From an uncultured Gammaproteobacteria bacterium (GTDB lineage Bacteria > Patescibacteriota > Patescibacteriia > Magasanikbacterales > UBA10003), in contig CAYIOJ010000001.1 in NCBI GenBank assembly GCA_964365025.1, positions 42,475 to 106,474 on the forward strand: a stretch of 64,000 bases of DNA, read 5' to 3'. The position numbers and the translations under genes were made by a program. The notes beneath the pieces were generated by a model. It was not told the origin of the DNA. It ran no database searches and was given only the letters and a program-made list of their open reading frames with translations. This document shows positions 48,274-56,278 of this stretch, in pieces. Numbering within the stretch: the first letter of the stretch is position 1; every line of letters begins with the position of its first letter.

Positions 48274-49392
48274 ATGACTGAAAATAAACAAAAGATACTC
48301 TATATTGTCACTCAAGCCGAATGGGGCGGGGCGCAAAAGTATGTTTTTGATTTGGCAACGAATTTGACAGATGAATTTGATGTAACTGTAGCTGCGGGCG
48401 CGGACGGCTCTTCGCGTGAATTACTAGACAAACTTGTCGGCGCTGGAATCAAAAACTTTACTTTCAAACACCTTAAACGCGATATTAATTTGTGGCGCGA
48501 TATTTTGGCAATTTTTGAAATCGCCAAATTTTTGAGGCAAAATCATTTTGACATTATTCACTTGAATAGCACTAAGGCCGGAGTAATTGGAACAATGGCG
48601 GCGCGTCTAAACAAGCGCCGACCAAAAATTATCTACACCGCGCACGGCTGGGCATATTTGGAGCCACTCCCCTTTTACAAACGCTGGCTGTATTTGATAA
48701 TGGAAAAAATTGCCGCACGATTGCGCGATTACACAATTATTTTGTCTGAAAAAGAAAAACAAATCGCGCTCCAGAACGGCACGGCCAAGTCAAAGGCCGT
48801 TTCGGTTATCCCCAATGGCATAAATTTTAATAATTTACATTTTTTCGCCAAAGAAGAATCTAGACAAAAATTAAATCTGGACCAAAATAAAATAATCATC
48901 GGCGCGATCGCTAATCTTTATAAAACCAAAGGATTAGAGTATCTGATGAAAGCAGTGGCAGAATTAAAAGCGCAATTAATAATTATAGGCGAAGGGCCTG
49001 AAAGAAAAAGTCTTGAAGAAAAAATTAAGCAAAAAAACATAACCGACCAAGTGGTTTTAGCCGGGCACCTGCCGGAAGCGGCAAAATTTATCCCGGCCTT
49101 TGATATTTTTGTTCTGTCTTCAATCAAAGAAGGATTCCCCCACACTCTACTGGAGGCGATGGCCGCGGGCTTGCCAATTGTCGCCACCGCGGTTGGAGCA
49201 ATTCCTGAAATTTTAGAAAACCAAAAAACCGGCTTGATTGTGCCGCCGGCTAATACTCAAGCTCTGGCAGGAGCAATCACCTCCCTTATAAAAAATCCTG
49301 AATTCGCTCAACAGTTGGGCATGAATGCTAAAGAGGCAATTAAAAAGTTTGGTTTGGTAACTACGATTGAAAAAACAAAAATGATCTATTAA
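48274..49392 (+). CDS. GT4 glycosyltransferase
   Basis: TQAEWGGAQKY, HLNSTKAG, YTAHGW, KGLEYL, SIKEGFPHTLLEAM. Start reassigned to the ATG at 48274, downstream of the promoter. Confidence 0.9.
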   Translation: MTENKQKILYIVTQAEWGGAQKYVFDLATNLTDEFDVTVAAGADGSSRELLDKLVGAGIKNFTFKHLKRDINLWRDILAIFEIAKFLRQNHFDIIHLNSTKAGVIGTMAARLNKRRPKIIYTAHGWAYLEPLPFYKRWLYLIMEKIAARLRDYTIILSEKEKQIALQNGTAKSKAVSVIPNGINFNNLHFFAKEESRQKLNLDQNKIIIGAIANLYKTKGLEYLMKAVAELKAQLIIIGEGPERKSLEEKIKQKNITDQVVLAGHLPEAAKFIPAFDIFVLSSIKEGFPHTLLEAMAAGLPIVATAVGAIPEILENQKTGLIVPPANTQALAGAITSLIKNPEFAQQLGMNAKEAIKKFGLVTTIEKTKMIY

Positions 49393-49443
49393 AAAATCAG
49401 TCCAAGGCCTCCTCCCTGAAGTTTGCCTTCGACCGATTTTTTT
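49391..49443. terminator. Probable bidirectional terminator between convergent genes
   Basis: Imperfect stem AAAAAATC.GTC.AAGGC / GCCTT.GAC.GATTTTTT. Confidence 0.55.
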
Positions 49444-49453
49444 ATTGTTCTCT

Positions 49454-49840
49454 TTACGGCCGCGCTTCCACCAATATCATGCGTCTTTTTAAATCATCAA
49501 CATCTTTATAAACCGCGCCAATATCTTCCGTCTCCGTATTAAAATTATTTTTTACTTCTTCTCTTAAATCTTTAATATCTTTTCTAACCTCACTTATTTC
49601 ACTTCTTATTTCGCTTCTAACTGAAGAAAACTCGGCGTCCATTTTATTCTCTAATTGTTTAAAATCATCTTTGGTGGCAATTTTAAATGTTTCCAAATCA
49701 TCTTTGGTGGCAAATGCTTTCAAATCCTCTTTGGTCGCCATTCTTTCTTCTATATTTTGAAAACCACTTGACACGGCAATGGCCAAATCTTCAATATTCT
49801 GCTTCAATGTTTGAAATTCTTGTTTTATTTCTTGATCCAT
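49454..49840 (-). CDS. Coiled-coil protein with tandem ATK(E/D)D repeats
   Basis: MATKEDLKAFATKDDLETFKIATKDDF and heptad-rich sequence; has its own promoter upstream. Confidence 0.7.
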   Translation of the reverse strand: MDQEIKQEFQTLKQNIEDLAIAVSSGFQNIEERMATKEDLKAFATKDDLETFKIATKDDFKQLENKMDAEFSSVRSEIRSEISEVRKDIKDLREEVKNNFNTETEDIGAVYKDVDDLKRRMILVEARP

Positions 49841-49865
49841 ATTTTTTTATTACAATGTTGCGTAT

Positions 49866-49894
49866 ATTTTAACACAAAGTTATCCCCAAGGCAA
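49866..49894 (-). promoter_or_regulatory. Sigma70-type promoter with a DnaA-box-like 9-mer in the spacer
   Basis: Minus strand TTGCCT-17-TAAAAT with extended TG; TTATCCCCA at 49880-49888. Confidence 0.5.
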
Positions 49895-49911
49895 ATTGAC
49901 CAAAAAAATCG

Positions 49912-52128
49912 TCATTTCAACCACTTCTTCGCTTTTTTCAACGCGTCAACATCATACAGGGCGGCGCGGTCAGCCATCTCCCGCGCTTTTGACTTATCAT
50001 CCAACCGAGAATAAATTTCCGACAAAACTAAAAGTATGGCGGAATTTTTTTGGTCGGCCAACAAAGCTCGCTCATATAAATCCCGCGCCATTTCCCAATC
50101 GCCGCTTTGGCTCGCCATTTGCGCGGCATAAAACAATTCCTGCTGATTAGTAAAACTTCTACCCTTAGTCAGAGCCAATTTCAAATTTTGGCTCGCGTTG
50201 ACAAAATCGTTTTGATCTCCATAAATCAAAGCCATATACCAATAAGTATCCGCAATATTAGAATTTTCGCTCACCAATTGCTCTAAAATTTTCAACGCTC
50301 CGGCATAATCGCGCTGCACGGCCTTAATACGCACCAAATAATACGCCAATTGTTGCCGTTTGGGACTTAATTCCCGCGCGCTATTAAATATATCCTCGGC
50401 CTGGCCGGAATTATTTTTAATGCCATAAAATTGTCCCAATAAAATGTATGATTGCAATTCAAAAGGATGCTCTTGAATATTTTTTTTCAATTCTTCAATG
50501 ATAAAATCCGCGCTTTGTTGATAAATATCCGATTTTAAGGCCTCCGGACTTTGCGCGTAGGAAATTATCACACGAGCAAAATCATTGCGCATATCCACTA
50601 GATGATATGGATTAATTAATAATGATTGCTTCATTTTTTCAAAACCAGCGACAAAATTGGTCTGCATAGTTTTTTGCGTTTCCAAATCCTGATTATTGGC
50701 GCGCGCCGGCTGAACATTAAAATGATAAATAGAAAATAATGTTATCGCGGCAATGATACAAGCCGGGACGAGAGGTAATTTATTAATTTTTGACGCCTTT
50801 AACAAAGCGGGGCGAGATGACGCGCCAGTGAGCGCCCTCTCTGCAAAAGATTCCTCGGCTTGAGGCCTCGGAATGACATAATCAACAAACGCCAGCATCA
50901 GAAAAAAAATCAAATACGAACTCAAATGGTCAAACACGAAAAAATTCTGCACTCCGTAAGCAATGAAAAAAATTGACACAAAAACCAAAGTATCCAAATC
51001 AATTTTCTTTTTATAAAACCCGGCACCAATCTGCCAAAACACCGCGGCAAAAATCGCCAGATATCCAGCCAGCCCGAGAATCCCGCTGGTGGAAAGATAA
51101 TCTAGAAAAATATTATGACTTCTATCAAACCATGTTTCATAATATCCATGCTCCAATGACTTTGGATTGTAATACTTGTTGAAAGCGTAATAAAAATTTT
51201 CCACGCCCCAGCCAAACACCGGCTTTTCTTTCCAAGCCGCCAAAGCGATTTTCCAGGCGATCAAACGCGTTGCCCCGGTGCCTGATTCAAAAGAAACATT
51301 GGCCACTTGCCCGACAGCTGGAATTTTTTGAACAAACGACGATTGGCGAAAAGCAAAAATCAATACGCCAAAAACAATCATTAATCCGACCAAACTCAAA
51401 CCAAGCGCGCGCCATTTTTTTGTCTTAGTAAAAAAACTATACAAAGCAATCGCGATAAATCCGCCGATTACCAACCCGATAAAAGGCCCGCGTTTACCGT
51501 TGTACATCATAATGGCCAGGCCGAGAATGCCGGCCGACGCGGCAAAAATCCGCCAAATTTTCTTTTCTTCCTTTCTAAACAAATACCAGGCGATGAAAAT
51601 ATGAAATAAAACAAAATTGGCAATATAAATTTGATTGCCCAATGTCCCGCCGCCGCCGATTTTCATAATGGAATTATCCGGTAAAAGAAAATTAAAACCG
51701 GTAACGCCGACAATAATGCTGACGAGAAGCGACCAACGAAACAGCACGCGCCATTCGAGCCACGAACGAAAAATATTGGCGACAATCACAAAATAAATTC
51801 CAAAATGAATCAAGGTGAACCAGCCGCTCATCCGTTCATAATTACCCCACATACTGCGCTGAAAATCCACGCCAAAAATTGTAGAGAGAAAAAGAATAAA
51901 GAAAAATACGCCTAAAATAATAAATAAAGGCGTTTTTTTAGGCCGATAATTTTCATCAATTAAACACAAAACTAAATACAGGCCAAACGCCAATTCCACT
52001 AGAATCCTGAAATAAATCGCTTTGGGGAAAACAAAAGGAAAAATAAACGAATCGCCCATGAAAATCAGAGGCGTGATAAAAGTAGCGTAGATTAAAAATT
52101 TAATGGCCCAAATGAGTTTGGTGGACAT
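49912..52128 (-). CDS. O-antigen ligase-like (Wzy_C) membrane protein with C-terminal TPRs; candidate O-oligosaccharyltransferase
   Basis: About 13 TM segments, GTLGN, RG, TRL.AW, P.FGWG.ENF, DRSHNIFLD; helical TPR-like C-terminus. Confidence 0.8.
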   Translation of the reverse strand: MSTKLIWAIKFLIYATFITPLIFMGDSFIFPFVFPKAIYFRILVELAFGLYLVLCLIDENYRPKKTPLFIILGVFFFILFLSTIFGVDFQRSMWGNYERMSGWFTLIHFGIYFVIVANIFRSWLEWRVLFRWSLLVSIIVGVTGFNFLLPDNSIMKIGGGGTLGNQIYIANFVLFHIFIAWYLFRKEEKKIWRIFAASAGILGLAIMMYNGKRGPFIGLVIGGFIAIALYSFFTKTKKWRALGLSLVGLMIVFGVLIFAFRQSSFVQKIPAVGQVANVSFESGTGATRLIAWKIALAAWKEKPVFGWGVENFYYAFNKYYNPKSLEHGYYETWFDRSHNIFLDYLSTSGILGLAGYLAIFAAVFWQIGAGFYKKKIDLDTLVFVSIFFIAYGVQNFFVFDHLSSYLIFFLMLAFVDYVIPRPQAEESFAERALTGASSRPALLKASKINKLPLVPACIIAAITLFSIYHFNVQPARANNQDLETQKTMQTNFVAGFEKMKQSLLINPYHLVDMRNDFARVIISYAQSPEALKSDIYQQSADFIIEELKKNIQEHPFELQSYILLGQFYGIKNNSGQAEDIFNSARELSPKRQQLAYYLVRIKAVQRDYAGALKILEQLVSENSNIADTYWYMALIYGDQNDFVNASQNLKLALTKGRSFTNQQELFYAAQMASQSGDWEMARDLYERALLADQKNSAILLVLSEIYSRLDDKSKAREMADRAALYDVDALKKAKKWLK
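50848..50878 (-). repeat. TGTCAT-tagged palindromic element, copy 1 (in frame, encodes VIPRPQAEES)
   Basis: Minus strand TGTCATTCCGAGGCCTCAAGCCGAGGAATCT; ATTCC/GGAAT stem with a GA/AG mismatch pair. Confidence 0.75.
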
Positions 52129-52140
52129 AAAAGTTCCATT

Positions 52141-52191
52141 ATTATATCACCATTCCTGCCCATTGACAAATTCGCTTATTTATGCTATTAT
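52141..52191. promoter_or_regulatory. Two divergent sigma70 promoters with overlapping -35 hexamers (TTGACAA)
   Basis: Plus: TTGACA(52163)-17-TATTAT with TG. Minus: TTGTCA(52169)-17-TATAAT(52146) with TG. Confidence 0.7.
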
Positions 52192-52280
52192 TTTTAGAAA
52201 GGAGGGACAACCAAGGAGGTAGTTCCTTTTCAATTCAATAATGGCAAAAAACACTGAAAACAGATAAAAGGAGAACGGCT

Positions 52281-55200
52281 ATGAAGTGCTTGCTGATACT
52301 GATGGCGCTGGTATTCGTGGTGATGACGGGGTGCTTTGACTATACCCCGCCGCCGAACAATGTGAGCGATACAACTGGCGATGTGTCGGCTAATGCTGAT
52401 TCGGATTCGCTGGATGTCAAAGGCGGCGGCTCCGGCGACGAGATGCCATTCAATCCGCCTCTGCCTGACGACACCAAGCCACTTTTGGTTGATACCGATG
52501 TGGCGTTGATTGATGGAGACGGCGACACTGTCGTGTCCGATAAAAGAGATGTCAAAAACTCGCTGGAAACAGACAGGACTGGTGAAACAACTAATCCGGT
52601 GGACACAACTGACAGCGCGGACGCGAAGGATGCTCTTGACATAGAGACAGCGGTTGTGCCACCTTGCGTGACCAATCCCTTGCTCTGCGCGGACGCACCA
52701 TCGACTCCGGACACGAAAATTGACAATGATGTCCCCACTACTACCGCCGAACCCCAAGCCGACGCCCCTGACACGCAAGACGCGCCAGATGCCGAGGCCG
52801 ACTCTGCTCTGCTCTGCCTTCCGAACTGCGCTGGCAAGCAGTGTGGTGACAACGGTTGCGGCGAGTCGTGCGGCGAGTGCCTGAATGGCTACGCGTGCAA
52901 CGCGGACTTTGTCTGCGAGTGCGTGGTGGGCTGTCAGATTCCGGCCGAGCCGACTGTTGATGCGGCAAATGCTGATGCCGACGCGACCACGACAGTCGAC
53001 GCCCATGCAGATATACTGCCCGGCGCGGATGCGACAGTGGAAACACCGTCAGGCGAAATAAAGTCGCCAATTGACGTGCCTGTAAACGCGGAACCTTCCG
53101 TAGACGCTAATGTCGCGGAGATTGCTGCGGCAGATGGCACGACTATCGCCGATGACACTAGTCCTGACGCCGGGCCAGACATCTTTGTCCAGCCCTGTGT
53201 GGCCAAGCCGAACATCTGCGACGACGGCAATGTCTGCACGGACGACTGGTGCGACATGGCCGATGGCTGTCTCCATATTAACAATACCGCGCCTTGCGAC
53301 GACGGCGACCAGTGCACCGAGAACGACGCTTGTCAAAACAGCATTTGCGCGCCGGGCCAGCCGTTGGTCTGCAATGACAGCAACGCTTGCACCGATGACT
53401 ACTGTCAGAATGGCGTTGGCTGTGTCTACGAATGGGTGTGTGAGTGCGCGTCTGATGCCGAGTGCAATGATTTGAACCCGTGTACCGACGACATCTGCGC
53501 AACGGGTTTCTGCGAGTATGCACTCAACTCTATCGTCTGCGACGACGGTAATGCCTGCACCAGCGTGGACATCTGCGTGTCCGGAGAATGCCTGGGGGTC
53601 GCATCGCTCAACTGCAATGACAACAACGAGTGCACTCTGGACGCCTGCGATCCGCAGAGCGGCTGCCACAACGAGCCGCAAACAGGAATGGCCTGCAATG
53701 ACGGCAATGCCTGCACCACCACAGACATCTGTGAAAAGGATGTTTGCGCTGGCGAGGCCACTGTCTGCGACGACCAAAATCCCTGCACAGACGACTCGTG
53801 CGATGAGCAGAGCGGTTGCGTGTTCACTCTCAACAACAGCAATCCTTGCGAAGACGGGAGCTTGTGCACAACAGACGATTTCTGCGACGCGGGCAAGTGC
53901 CAAGGCGGCCAAACGCTGAAGTGCAATGATGGCAATATCTGCACGGATGATGTCTGTCAACCGACACAAGGATGTGTCTATCTTGCCAATCAGGTGGGGT
54001 GCGACGACGGCAACGGCTGCACTATCGGTGATATCTGCGCGGATTCGGCCTGCGTCAGCGGGACGAATATCTGCGAATGCGCCACAGATGAAGATTGTGC
54101 CGTGGCTGAGGACAACAACCTCTGCAATGGCACGCTTGTCTGCGACACTAGCAAGATGCCATTCCAATGCGTCGTGAACCCTGACACCATCATCACCTGC
54201 CCCACTGCCTCTGACACCGTCTGTTTCAAAAACATTTGCCAGCCAACGAGCAGCGGCAAGTGCGAGATGGAAGCGGTGAATGAGGGAGGAGGGTGCGATG
54301 ATGGCAATGCCTGCGCCACAGGCGATGCCTGCTCCAAGGGTGTCTGCGCGGGAGCGAGCATCAAGTGCGATGACAGTAATGTCTGCACTGACGACTCCTG
54401 CGACCCGACCAGCGGATGTGTGTACACTCCCAACAACGCCGAATGCGCGGATGATGGCAATGAATGCACGACTGACATTTGTCAAAGCGGAAAATGCGCC
54501 CACCCGCCAACAACGGACGGCGCGGATTGCGATGACGGAACAGTGTGTACAATAGTTGACATCTGCCAAAGCGGCCAGTGCATAGGCATGGCTCCTCTGG
54601 ACTGCGATGACAATGACCAGTGCACGCTGGATATCTGTCACAAAGCGCTGGGATGCCAGCACAGCAAAATGGCCCTGAACGGCCAGATCTGCGACAACGG
54701 CGATGCCTGCACCACCGGCGACACTTGCCAGGACGGCGCGTGCCAAGCCGGAACGCAAACCTGCGAGTGCTACATCACGACTGACTGCGTCGGAATGGAA
54801 GACGGCAATTTCTGCAACGGAACGCTCGTCTGCAACACGGTTGTCATTCCGCACCAATGCGTCGTGAACCCCAATACCATCATCACCTGCCCAACCGCTT
54901 CAGACACCACCTGCTCTAAAAACACCTGCCAGCTAGCAAGCGGCAAGTGTGAGATGAAGGCGATGAATGAGGGGGTGGCCTGCGATGACGGGAATCCGTG
55001 TACCGAAACCGACATTTGCCAAAACGGCCAATGCAATGGCACGCCCAAACCCACCGGCACGGTCATCTTCCAAGATGACTTCAACGACGGTAACATTGAC
55101 GGATGGACAGTGAAAACATGGAACTCCTGTCCTAACTGCTCAATGTGTCCCTGCGACCTTCCCACAATCGTGGTTACCGACGAGACGCCGTTTTGGGTGA

Positions 55201-55535
55201 AAATGTCGCCTTTGGCCGGTAGCGGGCATGTGTTGTTCACAACACCCGCCACTTTACTGCCAAAAGGAGGTACAATCAACTTCCTCTTTGCCGGCGTCAA
55301 CTGTGCCGGCACTGGTAGCAACTGCGAAGTGCGCACTAGCAACGGAACCTTTCTTGGAAATGTCACCAGTTACAATTACTGCGCCACCCAACCGCCAAGC
55401 TGCCCAACAAAATTCAATATCATTGAGGATGAAAAAAACAGCCAAGTGGTGTTGGATTGTACCGGAGTATCCAACGGATCTTACAATGCTTGCGGCGCCA
55501 CTTACCTTGATGACTTTTCTATCACCTGCCCATAA
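52281..55535 (+). CDS. Cysteine-rich repeat lipoprotein (CDDGNxCTxDxC repeats, myxobacterial/Dictyostelium-repeat-like)
   Basis: Lipobox-like VMTG-C after a hydrophobic signal; Asp/Ala/Thr-rich linker; about 20 C(D/N)DxxxCTxDxC units; AAGGAG SD; visibly high GC. Confidence 0.85.
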   Translation: MKCLLILMALVFVVMTGCFDYTPPPNNVSDTTGDVSANADSDSLDVKGGGSGDEMPFNPPLPDDTKPLLVDTDVALIDGDGDTVVSDKRDVKNSLETDRTGETTNPVDTTDSADAKDALDIETAVVPPCVTNPLLCADAPSTPDTKIDNDVPTTTAEPQADAPDTQDAPDAEADSALLCLPNCAGKQCGDNGCGESCGECLNGYACNADFVCECVVGCQIPAEPTVDAANADADATTTVDAHADILPGADATVETPSGEIKSPIDVPVNAEPSVDANVAEIAAADGTTIADDTSPDAGPDIFVQPCVAKPNICDDGNVCTDDWCDMADGCLHINNTAPCDDGDQCTENDACQNSICAPGQPLVCNDSNACTDDYCQNGVGCVYEWVCECASDAECNDLNPCTDDICATGFCEYALNSIVCDDGNACTSVDICVSGECLGVASLNCNDNNECTLDACDPQSGCHNEPQTGMACNDGNACTTTDICEKDVCAGEATVCDDQNPCTDDSCDEQSGCVFTLNNSNPCEDGSLCTTDDFCDAGKCQGGQTLKCNDGNICTDDVCQPTQGCVYLANQVGCDDGNGCTIGDICADSACVSGTNICECATDEDCAVAEDNNLCNGTLVCDTSKMPFQCVVNPDTIITCPTASDTVCFKNICQPTSSGKCEMEAVNEGGGCDDGNACATGDACSKGVCAGASIKCDDSNVCTDDSCDPTSGCVYTPNNAECADDGNECTTDICQSGKCAHPPTTDGADCDDGTVCTIVDICQSGQCIGMAPLDCDDNDQCTLDICHKALGCQHSKMALNGQICDNGDACTTGDTCQDGACQAGTQTCECYITTDCVGMEDGNFCNGTLVCNTVVIPHQCVVNPNTIITCPTASDTTCSKNTCQLASGKCEMKAMNEGVACDDGNPCTETDICQNGQCNGTPKPTGTVIFQDDFNDGNIDGWTVKTWNSCPNCSMCPCDLPTIVVTDETPFWVKMSPLAGSGHVLFTTPATLLPKGGTINFLFAGVNCAGTGSNCEVRTSNGTFLGNVTSYNYCATQPPSCPTKFNIIEDEKNSQVVLDCTGVSNGSYNACGATYLDDFSITCP
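54072..55001 (+). repeat. Internal duplication of about 80 aa in the Cys-rich protein (54072-54314 vs 54762-55001)
   Basis: CEC...ED.N.CNGTLVC....P.QCVVNP.TIITCPTASDT.C.KN.CQ..SGKCEM.A.NEG..CDDGN.C occurs twice, 690 nt apart. Confidence 0.85.
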
Positions 55536-55550
55536 TAACACAACCCAACC

Positions 55551-55583
55551 AAAAAGCACGCCTCTCAGCGTGCTTCTTTTTTT
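55551..55583. terminator. Bidirectional terminator
   Basis: AAGCACGC/GCGTGCTT stem with an A run before and a T run after, between convergent stops. Confidence 0.8.
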
Positions 55584-56262
55584 ATTTTTTAATTGCTTGT
55601 TCTAATTCTTGAATAACATCTTTAAATCCCTGATTATTGGGAAAAGTCTGACTTAAGAGTTTATAGTCATCCAAGGCCAAAGCAAAATCGTTGATTCTTC
55701 TCAAATATGCCGCTCGGCCGGCAATTAAGGGAATCGGCGCCACCATTTTTTTTGTGCCATCCTCAAATACCTTCAATATCTCGTCTTTTGGTTTATTCAT
55801 TTTATAACTGTACAAATCAACTAAATATAAATAACCACTTTCATCCGCCGACGATATTTCCATGGCCTTGCGATAATAAAGTTCGGCCTTAGTAAATTCT
55901 CCAACGCGTTCAGCCAATTTACCGCCATTTAAATAAAATAGGATATTTTTCCGGCCGAATTTGGCAATGCCCATCTCGTACGCTTCCAATGATTTTTTGA
56001 AAAACAGCTCCCCGCCGCCTAATTCGCCAATACTTTTCCAATAAAATCCAAGATCAAAATACAACGAAACTTTTTCCGGCTCATTTTTTATATCCGCTTT
56101 TGTCTTTTGAACCTTTTCAAAAAGCGCGGCTAATTCCGGTTTATTTTTAATCTGATTAAATAATCTCTTATCGCCATTGCCCAATAAACCCTGTTGCCAC
56201 AATCCCGCGATTACTAAACCTGCCAAAATCACTAAACCGCCGATGAACAACTTTTTTTTCAT
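55582..56262 (-). CDS. Membrane-anchored TPR-like protein
   Basis: N-terminal TM/signal followed by helical repeats with A/G/Y TPR pattern. Confidence 0.65.
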   Translation of the reverse strand: MKKKLFIGGLVILAGLVIAGLWQQGLLGNGDKRLFNQIKNKPELAALFEKVQKTKADIKNEPEKVSLYFDLGFYWKSIGELGGGELFFKKSLEAYEMGIAKFGRKNILFYLNGGKLAERVGEFTKAELYYRKAMEISSADESGYLYLVDLYSYKMNKPKDEILKVFEDGTKKMVAPIPLIAGRAAYLRRINDFALALDDYKLLSQTFPNNQGFKDVIQELEQAIKK

Positions 56263-56278
56263 AATATATTTTTTAAAA

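Noticed and set aside
53049-54857. 602-aa antisense ORF and other overlapping ORFs in the Cys-rich gene
   Set aside because: Shadow frames of a GC-rich repetitive coding sequence; no recognisable motifs
53200-55030. Regularly recurring TGCGACGACGGCAA-like motifs suggesting a CRISPR array
   Set aside because: They are degenerate codon-level repeats of CDDGN within an ORF; no identical repeats and no cas genes
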